A stretch of DNA of 62,442 nucleotides, the filler included. It is 6 parts of 6 records of this genome, joined end to end, with 100 filler letters (N's around TTAATTAATTAA, not from the genome) between each part and the next. Parts side by side here need not be neighbours in the genome. Positions count along the whole stretch, not along the records: positions 1 to 12,740 come from SRR31156797_5416; 5 more parts are not named here. One strand, given 5' to 3'. The notes below the pieces were generated by a model. It searched no databases. It saw only the letters and a list, made by a program, of their open reading frames with translations, and was not told the origin of the DNA. Below are positions 1 through 10,404 of the stretch, in pieces. A program made the position numbers and the translations under genes. The stretch's first letter is position 1; the number at the start of each line of letters is the position of its first letter.

Positions 1-219
1 TCCGACTGGTCACTCCCCTATGAAGCGTTGAAGCTGAAAACTCTGGTTGTCACCGGTCTTCAGGACCATGTGTTTTACAATGAAGCGGATGTGGCGGAAC
101 TAACAGCCCGGATCCCACTTGCCAAGCGGATCGATCTAGACGCGGCCGGTCATCTCATACCGGCTGAAAGACCGGCTGAACTGGCCGAACTCTTAATCCG
201 GTTCGCCGGGGAGGTATGA
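1..219 (+). CDS. alpha/beta-fold hydrolase, C-terminal part (5' truncated by window edge)
   Basis: Frame is open from base 1. TLVVTGLQDHV and AGHLIPAERP match the acid and His segments of the alpha/beta hydrolase triad. Confidence 0.75.
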   Translation, partial: SDWSLPYEALKLKTLVVTGLQDHVFYNEADVAELTARIPLAKRIDLDAAGHLIPAERPAELAELLIRFAGEV

Positions 220-220
220 T

Positions 221-1159
221 ATGGGGCTCTGGCACAAATACGCCTTTTTGTCTTACCTAGCGGTTTTTGTGGCCGTAACCGGTCACGCTTCCAGCGAATT
301 CGTATCCGTCCTGTGCCGGGTGAGCGGGCCGGAGCTGTCGGTATGGCGCTTCCTGCTGGGGAGCGCCGGGCTCATCATTCTCTCCCTGTTTCTGCCATCC
401 ACCCGGAACCTCCTGGAACCCTTGCGGCAGGAGGGGATCAAGCTCATTTTGCTTTCCTTCTGGGGCGTAAGCTTCTGTTACCTGATGTTTCACTGGTCCC
501 TGGACTACGCCACGGTGCCCCAGGTGGCCACCACGGTAACCATGGTCCCCATCTTCGTGGGGTTGCTGAACCTCTGGATCAACCGGCAACCGTTTACACC
601 GGCCAAGATTCTGACGGGCCTCTGCGCCCTGGTGGGGGTTTCGCTCCTCATCACCGACGGCTATCTGGCCAAGCTGGCCACATCCGCCAACAACCTGACC
701 GGCATGGCCATGGCCCTGGCCTGCACCATCTCCATGTCCGGCTATCTGGTGGTGGTGCGCCCCATTATCGTGCGGCACGGCGCCCTCCGGATCACCACCC
801 TGACGCTTGCCATCGGCGCTTTGGGGTTGTGGGCCGGTGTGGGCATATTTTTCGGCCGCTGGGTCAATCCCCTGACCCTTTTCCAGCGGCCTCCGGGGCA
901 GATAACCGCCTTGCTGAGTCTCGGCATATGGAACACCACCATCACCCAGTTCCTATGGATCGGGGGACTGGCGGCCGTGCCGGATCAGACAAGAGGGAGT
1001 TACCTTTTCTATCTGAAGCCGGTCATCGCCGCATGCCTGGCCGTGTTCATCCTCAACCAAACCATCACCCCCTGGGGGATCCTGGCCATCATGGTGATCT
1101 GTGGATCGGTTCTTATGGAACCCTTCCTGAGCCGGTTGGGGGAGGGAAAATCGGCATGA
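221..1159 (+). CDS. DMT/EamA family transporter
   Basis: 312 aa, about 10 hydrophobic segments, two EamA-like repeats; starts 1 nt after the hydrolase stop. Confidence 0.85.
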   Translation: MGLWHKYAFLSYLAVFVAVTGHASSEFVSVLCRVSGPELSVWRFLLGSAGLIILSLFLPSTRNLLEPLRQEGIKLILLSFWGVSFCYLMFHWSLDYATVPQVATTVTMVPIFVGLLNLWINRQPFTPAKILTGLCALVGVSLLITDGYLAKLATSANNLTGMAMALACTISMSGYLVVVRPIIVRHGALRITTLTLAIGALGLWAGVGIFFGRWVNPLTLFQRPPGQITALLSLGIWNTTITQFLWIGGLAAVPDQTRGSYLFYLKPVIAACLAVFILNQTITPWGILAIMVICGSVLMEPFLSRLGEGKSA

Positions 1160-1409
1160 AAAAACCGATGGGGTCTTATCCCTTTTTTCCCGAACCTCCA
1201 ACCTAATTGTACGTACAGGTCATCAACCTTACGATTTTCACGTATGGACATGATTCATGCGGAGACCAGCTAGCCTCGATGAACGATGTGACGGTGTTTA
1301 CGGGCACGGGGCTAGGCGATAGATTCAGGAGGTGTTCGTCTCCGGAGACAATCACCTCTGCGTCACCTTCAATTGCGCACCAGATGAATTTATCAAGGGA
1401 GGGACTAAA

Positions 1410-2474
1410 ATGAAAAGATTCTCCATATTCTTAGCTCTTTTGGCCGTATTTTCATGTTTGCCGTCCCAAGAAAGCCAAGCGTGCACCACTTTTCATTTCG
1501 GCCAAGACCGACCCGTATGCGGGAAAAACTACGACTGGATGGTGGAAGACGGCCTGGTGATCATCAACAAACAAGGTGTTGTCAAAACAGCGATGACGGG
1601 CGGCCGCCAAACGGCTGAACCGCTTCGTTGGACGTCAAAATACGGCAGTGCAACGTTTAATCAGTACGGGCGTGAACTCCCCACGGGCGGCATGAATGAG
1701 GCCGGTCTGATTGTGGAAACCATGTCCCTCCCTGAAACCCGATACCCGTCGCCCGATTCAAGACCCGCACTTTCGGCCGGGCAGTGGAAACAGTATCTGC
1801 TTGATAATTTCGCAAGTGTTGAGGAAGTGATTGCAAGCGATTCACGGATAAGGATCAGGCCCTCGGCGGGCCCGGGAGTTCACTTTATGGTTTGTGATAA
1901 AACGGGAAAGAGCGCCGTCATCGAATTTATCGAAGGCAAATTCGTCTGTCACGCCCGGGAAGATATGCCGGTGAAGGCCCTCACAAACAGTATATATTCG
2001 GAATCCTTAAATTATTGGAAAGAGAACAAATTACCCGCCTTTGACAGGTACGACTCCATAGGGCGGTTTATAACCGCGGCAAATATGTTGAAAGACCATG
2101 ATTCCGAGGCAACCGAATCCAATGTGGACCACGCGTTTGATATTCTTGAGAGCACCCGGCAACCGAGCACCCAATGGAGTATTGTTTACGACGTGGAAGG
2201 TTCTCTCATCTATTTTAAAACCGCCGGGAATCAAAAGATCCGGCGCTTTGACATGAAGAAATTTGATTTTTCCTGCCGAAGCCCTGTAAAAGTCTTGGAT
2301 ATTACGGCCGATCTATCGGGGGACGTTACCGATCGTTTCACGGATTACACGCAAGAGATCAATCGCGATCTCATCGGTAACGCCTTCAGGAAAACCCCCA
2401 CTTTGAACCATATACCGAAGACGAGGCTGGATCGGCTCTCGCGATATCCCGAAAGCACGGTCTGTGCGCGTTAA
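1410..2474 (+). CDS. secreted linear amide C-N hydrolase (choloylglycine hydrolase / penicillin V acylase family, Ntn fold)
   Basis: GGAGGG SD before ATG 1410. Signal peptide ends SQA|CTTF, exposing an N-terminal Cys. GKNYDW and GGMNEAGL motifs. Confidence 0.85.
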   Translation: MKRFSIFLALLAVFSCLPSQESQACTTFHFGQDRPVCGKNYDWMVEDGLVIINKQGVVKTAMTGGRQTAEPLRWTSKYGSATFNQYGRELPTGGMNEAGLIVETMSLPETRYPSPDSRPALSAGQWKQYLLDNFASVEEVIASDSRIRIRPSAGPGVHFMVCDKTGKSAVIEFIEGKFVCHAREDMPVKALTNSIYSESLNYWKENKLPAFDRYDSIGRFITAANMLKDHDSEATESNVDHAFDILESTRQPSTQWSIVYDVEGSLIYFKTAGNQKIRRFDMKKFDFSCRSPVKVLDITADLSGDVTDRFTDYTQEINRDLIGNAFRKTPTLNHIPKTRLDRLSRYPESTVCAR

Positions 2475-2647
2475 TCCGTAATTAGGGGACAGACCCCGAA
2501 TAACAAAAATTTTTGACGCCTGCAACCTGAGCTGCCGGATCACACGGATTGCCACTCTGAACACGGCCATGGTGATATTGACATCGCGTTAAGGGCCTTA
2601 TGGGACAGCCATAAAATCAAGATATAAAGGGATGTTCCTTAACACTC

Positions 2648-4513
2648 TTAACGCTCCCCGAAAAGATCCTGCCTCCGGGTCACGGCGGCGAAGCGGGATC
2701 GGACCATGGGGTCCGTACAAAGGGCCATTTCGCGCTGGTAATCCTGCGTTGTAAACTTTTCAAGCCCTTCCTTTCTCACAGAATAGATGAGATCATTCTC
2801 ATTTTTATCCGTTAAAGGGGTCCGTTCTATGAATTCATGGAGCAGCACCGGTTTGCGAACCTTCTGGGTGTCGGTCTTGGGCAATTCACCCAGCACCCGG
2901 ATATATCCTGGAAGGGCGTAGGGAGGGATCTTTCGCCCGCAAAATCCGTTAAGGCCCGCCACATCGAACCGGGGAGGATCTTCCACCTCCACCACATATA
3001 CGGGGTTGTCGTTTTCCGTACTGTCCACGTGGGGGATACCGATCACCACGCAGTTGACCACCCCTTCATACCCCAGGACAATTTCCTCAACAAAGGCGGC
3101 GGAAAAATTTTCCCCTTTGGAACGAAGTCGGTCCGCGCCGGTACGCCCCAGGAAAATGATGTACCGCTCTCCCTCTAATGCCACAAAGGCCCCGAGATCC
3201 CCCATGTGATAATACCCTTCCTTATCCACCCGTTGGGCGGTTTCCAAGGGCATGTTGTAGTATCCGGTGAAAGCGGAATCCCCCAGGGACTTCTGACTGA
3301 CCAGAATTTCGCCCACGGCCCTGTCAAAATTGAGGATCCCGCCTTTCGCATCCACCAGGGCCGGGTCACATTCATGGCCGGTAAATTCATCCACAATCTT
3401 GATCTCCTTCCCGGGCAGGTACTTCCCCACGCTGTAGGGTGGCGTGTCCGGCGTTACCGTGGCGATGGCCCCCACCTCGGTGGAACCGAAAGCCTCCGTA
3501 AAAATATCCAGCCCGAAAATCCGTGTAAAGGCCTTTCGGTTGTGGGCGTTGGTGCCGGTGCTTATAACGGTTCGGAGGGGGAGGTGTGCATAATCGGCAT
3601 CTTCCCCCACCGTGTTCAGCACATATCTCACAGGGTCCCCCACACTGTTCCAGACGGTGGCGCCCACCCGCTCGATGTCACTCACAAAATTACTGGCGCT
3701 GAACCGCCTTCTGATGAGAAGCCTGGCGCCGTTCAACAGGGCGGGGATAAAGCTCAGATATAGCGAGTTGGAGTGATTCAGGGGCATGCACACATAGCTC
3801 ACATCATCTTCCCCATAGTTCAGAATAGAGGTGGACATAACCCCCACATCAAACATCTTTTTCCACGAGACCTCAATCCCCTTGGGGCTTCCCGTGGTCC
3901 CCGAAGTAAAAATGATGACGCCGGCCCTCTCCGGCTCCAGGGCCGTGGAGCTGAAATCCTTAACCTCGACCCCTTCCAGCATCTCCCCAATGGTGGCCAC
4001 ACCGGAAGGGTGATCCTTTTCCTGCCGTCTCCTCGCAATCACATACCGAGGATAGAGGTGTGAAAGATCATGGTCACAGCCGGCCGCCATCACCGATTCC
4101 AGAAACGTGCGCCCCGACTTGGGCTGTGCCACCTCATCCACCAGGAGCACATCCACGTCCATGTTCTTGATGTCCGTTGCCAAGCCCTGCCCCACCTGGG
4201 CATTATTGATCCCCACCAGGGTCGCATTGGTGAAGGCGCAGCCCCCGAAAGCATATAACACCTCGGGAGTGTTTTGCATGTAGAAGCCCACATGAAAACG
4301 TCTCTTCCCTTCCCTGCCCTGAAGCCGTTTCAGGGAGTCGATCATCCCGGCATAATCCAGGGACTTTTTCAGAAAACGGGCAAAAGAGACCTCCCGAAAC
4401 CCGCCCGCTTCATCGTAATACATGAAAAAAGTCCGATCCCTGGATTGGGGATGATTCCCGTAATATTCAATAACCCGTGGAATGTTCATACCCTTAATAT
4501 CGTCTAAAGCCAC
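2648..4513 (-). CDS. AMP-dependent acyl-CoA ligase (CaiC/FATP-like)
   Basis: IIFTSGTTGSPKG, FGSTE, YYHMGDLG and RSKGENFS adenylation motifs. Confidence 0.85.
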   Translation of the reverse strand: MALDDIKGMNIPRVIEYYGNHPQSRDRTFFMYYDEAGGFREVSFARFLKKSLDYAGMIDSLKRLQGREGKRRFHVGFYMQNTPEVLYAFGGCAFTNATLVGINNAQVGQGLATDIKNMDVDVLLVDEVAQPKSGRTFLESVMAAGCDHDLSHLYPRYVIARRRQEKDHPSGVATIGEMLEGVEVKDFSSTALEPERAGVIIFTSGTTGSPKGIEVSWKKMFDVGVMSTSILNYGEDDVSYVCMPLNHSNSLYLSFIPALLNGARLLIRRRFSASNFVSDIERVGATVWNSVGDPVRYVLNTVGEDADYAHLPLRTVISTGTNAHNRKAFTRIFGLDIFTEAFGSTEVGAIATVTPDTPPYSVGKYLPGKEIKIVDEFTGHECDPALVDAKGGILNFDRAVGEILVSQKSLGDSAFTGYYNMPLETAQRVDKEGYYHMGDLGAFVALEGERYIIFLGRTGADRLRSKGENFSAAFVEEIVLGYEGVVNCVVIGIPHVDSTENDNPVYVVEVEDPPRFDVAGLNGFCGRKIPPYALPGYIRVLGELPKTDTQKVRKPVLLHEFIERTPLTDKNENDLIYSVRKEGLEKFTTQDYQREMALCTDPMVRSRFAAVTRRQDLFGER

Positions 4514-4718
4514 TTAAAAAAACTCCTTTTTAATCTGTACCGGATTCTCAATGCCGGACATCATACTATTCGTTCCGGGTTCTGTCCAGAACCTGGCGTA
4601 TGGTGATCAACAATTTGGTTAGGGAGAAGGGTTTCGCCACAAACCCGGAGGCCCCGGAAGACAGGATATCCTGCAAAGGACCGTCCAGGGAATAGCCGCT
4701 GGAACGGGACGAAGATTC

Positions 4719-4931
4719 TCAGCCAGGTTCATTCGGATATCCACCATCCGGGGGATGGTAAGCTCCAGCATCTTGCACACCTGCACGATTTCCAGATTCA
4801 ACGCCACCGGATTCTTTACTTCTTTCAAAGATGCGGCCCTGTAAAACAGCACCCACATGCCTGATCCTGCCGGTTAGAGTGGTCTCCAGATCGAGCAGCA
4901 TTGTACGGGCCAGCAATTCGGAAATATTCAT
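4719..4931 (-). pseudogene. probable N-terminal remnant of a large exonuclease-domain/RecQ-type helicase gene
   Basis: LLDLETT..GRIRHVGAV resembles the DxE exonuclease-like start of large RecQ-family helicases, then degenerates after about 40 aa. Recalled similarity only. Confidence 0.4.
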
Positions 4932-4952
4932 GATGAAAGCACCACCGGAATC

Positions 4953-5327
4953 CTACCACCCGTAAAAAGTGTAACCCAGCTTTTTCCAGTCCCCTTCGGT
5001 TCTGATCACCTGTTCTCCCTTGAAATAGACCCAGAACACCTGCTTTCTTACGATGGCCCCCATATCCCGTTCCCGGTTGACGCCATAGGTCCATTTTTCT
5101 TCATCCCCTTCCCGGTTTATGGAATCGGGGTTTCCCAGGGCAGCCGTCACCATCGGCTTGTTCATGCCCGTGGCGACTTTTCTGGCAGCCACCGCCTGCA
5201 CCGTTGCCTCATCCCACCCGGGATACTGATTTCGGAGTTTGTCGGCCCGACGATCCTTCATGCCGCAACCGCCGATCACCATGCTTATCAACAGCAAAGT
5301 CAATGCAAATTGTAGCTTTTTCATCAT
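4953..5327 (-). CDS. small lipoprotein with SmpA/BamE-like domain
   Basis: GGAGGT SD; lipobox IGGC; GMNKPMVTAALGNP...EKWTY pattern. Confidence 0.7.
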   Translation of the reverse strand: MMKKLQFALTLLLISMVIGGCGMKDRRADKLRNQYPGWDEATVQAVAARKVATGMNKPMVTAALGNPDSINREGDEEKWTYGVNRERDMGAIVRKQVFWVYFKGEQVIRTEGDWKKLGYTFYGW

Positions 5328-5473
5328 TACCTCCCGTCTCTTTTTTCTTCTTAAATGTAAAAGATTAAGTTGAATTCCACCCGGAATCAAGGATAATGTG
5401 ATGTGATATCTTCCCGGTATCAAGATTTCTTCGCTGAAAAAATAAATTTTGAAATTTGTAAAGGAGAATTACC

Positions 5474-6037
5474 ATGAAAATCATCACCATTTTGGGAAGC
5501 CCGAAAAATAGCGGAAACACGGCTACACTCCTCTCCATGTTTGAAGAAAAAATAGTGGAAAACCATGAAGTTGAACGAATTCACATCACCCAACACAAGG
5601 TGGGGGGCTGTCTTGGATGCATGAAGTGCCATGAAAAAAGGGATGAACCCGGATGTGTTCAAAAAGATGACGCATTGACCATATTTGATAAAATGATCAA
5701 TGCCGATGCCATTGTGTATGCCTCACCGCTCTATTGCTGGAGCTTTTCTTCACAGATAAAACCCCTCATAGACCGGCATGTCTGCCTGGTATCCGATTTC
5801 GGAACACCTGATCACGACTCCCTTATCAGCGGCAAACCGGTTGCCCTGCTGGTCACCTGTGCCGGCCCCATTGAAGAAAACTGTGATGCCATCCAGGGTA
5901 TTTTCGCAGGCATTACCGCCTACGGAAAGGTGGCATCGAAAGGCAATTTCATCCTGCCTTTTTGCACAACACCCGATGCCATTGGTGATGAAGGGCATGC
6001 ACTCGCTACCAATCTTGCAAAAGCGATCACCGAATAA
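5474..6037 (+). CDS. flavodoxin-like iron-sulfur flavoprotein / NADPH-dependent FMN reductase family
   Basis: GSPKNSGNT FMN loop; CLGCMKC...C cluster motif; ASPLYCW. Confidence 0.85.
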   Translation: MKIITILGSPKNSGNTATLLSMFEEKIVENHEVERIHITQHKVGGCLGCMKCHEKRDEPGCVQKDDALTIFDKMINADAIVYASPLYCWSFSSQIKPLIDRHVCLVSDFGTPDHDSLISGKPVALLVTCAGPIEENCDAIQGIFAGITAYGKVASKGNFILPFCTTPDAIGDEGHALATNLAKAITE

Positions 6038-6060
6038 AAAAGCTTCAATCAGGGAGAACC

Positions 6061-6540
6061 ATGGAAACCATCGGCCTTGGACGATGCTGGGAAGAGATGC
6101 CCGTGGGATTTCGATTCAAAACGGTCGGGCGAACCATTACGGAAACAGACCTGGTCAACTTTGTTGGAAACACCGGTATGGTGGAAGTGCTCTTCACCGA
6201 TACCCTTTATGCACGACAACACGCCCCCAGGGGGGGGCGCGTTGTTCCGGCGGCATTGCTGTTCAGTATTGCGGAAGGCCTGGTTATTCAGGCCACCCTT
6301 CAGGGAACCGGTCTGGCGTTTATCCAAATGGACCTGGAGGTGAAAGGCCCCTCCTTCGCAAAGGATACCATCCACGTGGAAGCGGAAGTCATTGAATCCC
6401 GCCCGTCATCAAAAGACCCCCGTCGCGGCCTGGTCCGCACCCGCAACCAAATCGTCAACCAGAAAGGCGAAACGGTCATCATCTATACGCCCCTTCGTCT
6501 CATGGTGGGAAAAGCGCTGTTGAAATCTCACTGGGAATAG
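6061..6540 (+). CDS. MaoC-family (hotdog) dehydratase
   Basis: GRTITETDLVNF N-terminus and RGLVRTRNQIVNQKGE C-terminus. Confidence 0.8.
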   Translation: METIGLGRCWEEMPVGFRFKTVGRTITETDLVNFVGNTGMVEVLFTDTLYARQHAPRGGRVVPAALLFSIAEGLVIQATLQGTGLAFIQMDLEVKGPSFAKDTIHVEAEVIESRPSSKDPRRGLVRTRNQIVNQKGETVIIYTPLRLMVGKALLKSHWE

Positions 6541-8144
6541 GACGTCCCCTTATTTTGCGGAGGGTAAAATCGGATCACCTCGTAGACCTGAACGTGATCT
6601 TCTTTTCCTTTGACCTTGACCGGTTGAAACCCTTTCAGGTTGAAGTGATCTTTGAGTTGCTCCACCGTGGAGCGGCTGATGAGCACATCCGTATGGAAAT
6701 CCTTGTTCAGGGCTTCGATTCTCGCCGCCAGATTCACCGAATCACCCACCACCCGGTATTCCATCCGCTGCTCTGTACCGATAATACCGGCCACTACCGG
6801 GCCGGTGTTGATGCCGATTCCGATTCTGATGGGGGGAAGGCCTGACCGAATCTCGGCATTAAAACGATCCAGGGCATCCATCATCTCGAGGGCGCTTCGA
6901 ACCGCACAGTTGGCGTGATCCGTAAGCTTCACAGGGGCCCCGAAAACCGCCATGATGCCGTCCCCCACAAACTGATAAACGAGGCCGTGGTGTTTTTCGA
7001 TGGAATGGACCATGTAGGAAAAATAGTCGTTTAACAGCGCGATGACATCTTCGGGGCTTAACCGTTCACAGATGGTGGTGTAATTGCGGACATCCGAAAA
7101 GAGGATGGAGACCTCGGTCTTTTCACCGCCCGGCACGGGCGGATTTTCGAGGATGGCCCGGGCGATTTCAGGGGTTACAAACCGCCCGAAAGTCTCCTTG
7201 ATCCGTTCACGGTCCCGCAACCCTTCGATCATCTGGTCAAAACTCTCGGCCAGGATTCCCAGTTCGTCATTGGCGGCAACCCTGGCCAAGGTGGTGAGAT
7301 CTCCCTTCCGGACTCTCACCATGGCCCTTTCCATGCCTTTTACCGGACCGATGATGCTGCTGGAAACAAGATACGAGAGGATGACGGTCACGACCAGGGC
7401 CGCAATCAGGAGAAAGGCCGTAAGATGAAAGAGACTCTGAATGACCTCCTCCGGGTTCATGACCAGCATGAGCCGGGCCTTGTTATAGGACAGGATCGCC
7501 ATAAGGGTCATGGGCACAATGCTGGCAAGGGTGAAGGCGATAAACATACGGGTGCGGAGCTTCATTTGAAGGGCACCCGGAGTTTTGTTCAGGTCTCCCT
7601 GGGGAAAGAAATGGGGCCAGATTTTTCGAACCTGGATTTCCACCACGAAAAATACAATGGCTGCCGTAATAATCCCTGAAATGATGATCCCCGCAAATAC
7701 CCTGAGGGCCTGAAAGGATGCGGTGGTGAACGTCTCCGCCGAAACCGTTTCAATGAAGTTGTACCCGGACATGATCACGGAAGCCATGGACCAGTTGATG
7801 AGGGCCACGAGGGCCGCCGTAAACGGCAGGTTCAGGACTTTACGGCGCGCTTCTTTTTCAAGCGTTTGAGATACCCTACGGCCGTCCATTTTGGAACGTA
7901 CATATTCGCTTAAATCTTTTTCCCATCTCCGATTCAGGATAATACCAAACACCATCAATCCGGCGGTCATGAGAACGGTGATCAGCAATCCGATGGTGAT
8001 CAGGGAAACAGGGGCCGATGAATCAAAAAAAGCAAAATAGCTGTAGCAGACACCTGCCCCGGCAAAATTGGCAAAGACCTGCACCAGTCCGTTCTTGCCA
8101 TTGATAATCCGATGGATTTCAGCCCACGTGGATTTTGGGGACAC
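6528..8144 (-). CDS. membrane-bound HAMP + class III nucleotide cyclase
   Basis: About 6 TM segments; HAMP (NDELGILAESFDQM); ILFSDVRNYT, FVGDGIMAVFG and VGDSVNLAARIE. Confidence 0.9.
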   Translation of the reverse strand: MSPKSTWAEIHRIINGKNGLVQVFANFAGAGVCYSYFAFFDSSAPVSLITIGLLITVLMTAGLMVFGIILNRRWEKDLSEYVRSKMDGRRVSQTLEKEARRKVLNLPFTAALVALINWSMASVIMSGYNFIETVSAETFTTASFQALRVFAGIIISGIITAAIVFFVVEIQVRKIWPHFFPQGDLNKTPGALQMKLRTRMFIAFTLASIVPMTLMAILSYNKARLMLVMNPEEVIQSLFHLTAFLLIAALVVTVILSYLVSSSIIGPVKGMERAMVRVRKGDLTTLARVAANDELGILAESFDQMIEGLRDRERIKETFGRFVTPEIARAILENPPVPGGEKTEVSILFSDVRNYTTICERLSPEDVIALLNDYFSYMVHSIEKHHGLVYQFVGDGIMAVFGAPVKLTDHANCAVRSALEMMDALDRFNAEIRSGLPPIRIGIGINTGPVVAGIIGTEQRMEYRVVGDSVNLAARIEALNKDFHTDVLISRSTVEQLKDHFNLKGFQPVKVKGKEDHVQVYEVIRFYPPQNKGTSYSQ

Positions 8145-8588
8145 CCTGTAATGCTCCTGCCAAATGATCAGGACTCATGAGCCCTCATGGATTACCCGTT
8201 CCGGAAGTAAACATCGGTTTTCATTATTAATGCACCATCTTCTCCGCCTCAATACCCATCATCCCCTGCAATTTGAAATATTGATTTTGAAAATGCAAGG
8301 AAATTGTCACGAAACAATGGGATTTCGCTAAAGCGGAACGGTTCTGAATACGCCCAGCACTTCATGGATAACCCATTGGAATCGCGGTTTATGAATTTCC
8401 ATTTCTGATTTTTTGGTGATTTATCTTAAAAATAATGCTTAAGTTTCAATTGCATTCCGACGATATTGTTTTTCACTGCCCCGGACCGTTGCCATGAATG
8501 CTGTTAAAATCGCTTGTTACAAACCATAACCGTGGTTCCTTCATAAGCAGGATCGTCGGCTCCCAAAAAAGCACGAACGATCATTTAA

Positions 8589-9182
8589 ATGGATGTTACC
8601 ATGGGCACGAAAACTGGGGAACAAATAGCACAGGAATTTGAATTTATAGATCTTTTGACCGAACCGAGTTTCATTGTCGATGCGGATCGAACCATCGTCC
8701 GGGCCAACAAGTCTTTTCTTCGGAGTTTCGACCTCAAGGCGGCCGATGTAATCGACAGGATGGTCTGCGAAGAGGCCTGTCCCTCATCCCACTGCGGCGC
8801 CAAGGAGTGTCCGCTGACCAAGTCCCATCGGATCCGAAAACCGGCCACCGCCGATGTAATCCATCATAACGGGAACAAAAACATCCGGTATTTCCGATCG
8901 ACGGCCAGCAACCTTAATGGGCCGGACAAGGGAGCACTGATCACCCTCTCCGAAACCACCGTCCAGAAAAAAACCGAGAACCGGTTGCGCCAGATGGAAA
9001 CCGATCTGGACATTATTCCCACACCCATCATGGAAATCGACAAATTGTTCACCGTTACCTACATGAATCCGGCCGGGGCCACCGTGGCCGGCCTCATGCC
9101 TGAAGAGACGATCGGCAAAAAATGTTACGACCTCTTTACCCCCCCACTGCAAAACCGAAAAAGGCGCATCCGGAACCACTGA
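8589..9182 (+). pseudogene. truncated, frameshifted tandem-PAS sensor (chemoreceptor- or kinase-type N-terminus)
   Basis: Two PAS-like repeats. The second breaks at a C7 run (9139-9145), and the +1 frame continues PHCKTEK. No output domain follows. Confidence 0.65.
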
Positions 9183-9206
9183 AAAGCTTCCCCTCCCTGT
9201 TTCCGC

Positions 9207-10394
9207 CTACCCGCTTGGCAGGCCGTTCACATAGCATCGCAACGGGAAACCGTTGAAAACCGCGGCAAAACATTTATTGCAGGAGATACAGTCCGCCGCT
9301 TCAGACTTGCCCGATTTTAACCGTACGGCAAGGAACGGCTCCCGTACAAAGGGCCGACTCATGGATATGAAATCCGCCTTTTTTGCCCCCAGGATATCCT
9401 CCATTTCGGTCAAACGCCGTACACCGCCCACCAGGATGAGGGGTACGTTTCCCAGGGCAGGCCCGATCGTCCCGGCAGCGCGCAGGTGGTAGCATTCTTG
9501 AAAGCGGCAAGGGGCAATCTGTTTTTTAAAAATGACCCTGGCCAGAGGTCGCATCCACCAGGGCAACCCCCGGGCCATATCATCCATGGGCACTTCCCCG
9601 CGCACGGTGTGAAAGGTGTAGTAAGTGCCGCTTGAGATTTCAACGGCGGCCACACCCAGGTTCGCCAACCAGGAGGCGTATTGCGCGGCCAAAGGGGGTT
9701 GGATGCCGGTTTGCGGTGTGAAGTCTTCGGTGTTCAGTTTCACCATCAATGGCAGTTCCGGGTCAACCGCATCGCGGATTTTCAGTATGATTTCTCGAAG
9801 CAATCTGAACCGGTTCTCCGGAGAACCGCCCCATTGATCACGGCGGCGATTGAAAAAAGGTGACAGGAATTCATTCAGCAGGTAACCATGGGCGCAATGC
9901 AGTTGAACCGCGTCCGCACCGGCCTGATGGGCGCGCCGGGCCGCCTGAACAAAGGCATTCAGAATCTCATGTATCTCCTCTTCCGTTGCAGCGTCGGGCC
10001 TGCTGAGGCTTACCGGATCCCGCCCGAAGGCGCTGGGAGCAATGGGTGCTTCAGCGATGAGTTTCCTGGGAGATTGTCGACCCCCGTGTGCGATCTGCAG
10101 GGCAATACGTCCGCCGGCCAGGTGAACAGCCTCCACCAGGCGGGAAAGCCCGGGAAGATATTTGTCGTGGCTGATGCCGGCCTGATGGGGAAAGGCCTTG
10201 CCCCGGGGATGAACATAGAGGTACCCCGGAATGATCAGGCCAACGTCCCCTTTGGCCAACGTTTCGTAACGCTTGATGAGCGGATCGGTCACCGACCCAT
10301 CGTCGTCTGCCATGCACTCGAATGTGGCGGAGTGGATCAGGCGATTGGGCAGTGTAAGTCTGCCGATCTTTGCGGGTGTAAATACCGTTGACAT
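9207..10394 (-). CDS. NADH:flavin oxidoreductase (Old Yellow Enzyme family)
   Basis: LPNRLIHSAT, QIAHGGRQ, HCAHGYLLNEFLSP..NRRRDQWGGSPENR; C-terminal CISCNKC. Confidence 0.9.
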   Translation of the reverse strand: MSTVFTPAKIGRLTLPNRLIHSATFECMADDDGSVTDPLIKRYETLAKGDVGLIIPGYLYVHPRGKAFPHQAGISHDKYLPGLSRLVEAVHLAGGRIALQIAHGGRQSPRKLIAEAPIAPSAFGRDPVSLSRPDAATEEEIHEILNAFVQAARRAHQAGADAVQLHCAHGYLLNEFLSPFFNRRRDQWGGSPENRFRLLREIILKIRDAVDPELPLMVKLNTEDFTPQTGIQPPLAAQYASWLANLGVAAVEISSGTYYTFHTVRGEVPMDDMARGLPWWMRPLARVIFKKQIAPCRFQECYHLRAAGTIGPALGNVPLILVGGVRRLTEMEDILGAKKADFISMSRPFVREPFLAVRLKSGKSEAADCISCNKCFAAVFNGFPLRCYVNGLPSG

Positions 10395-10404
10395 TTTCTC
10401 TTCC

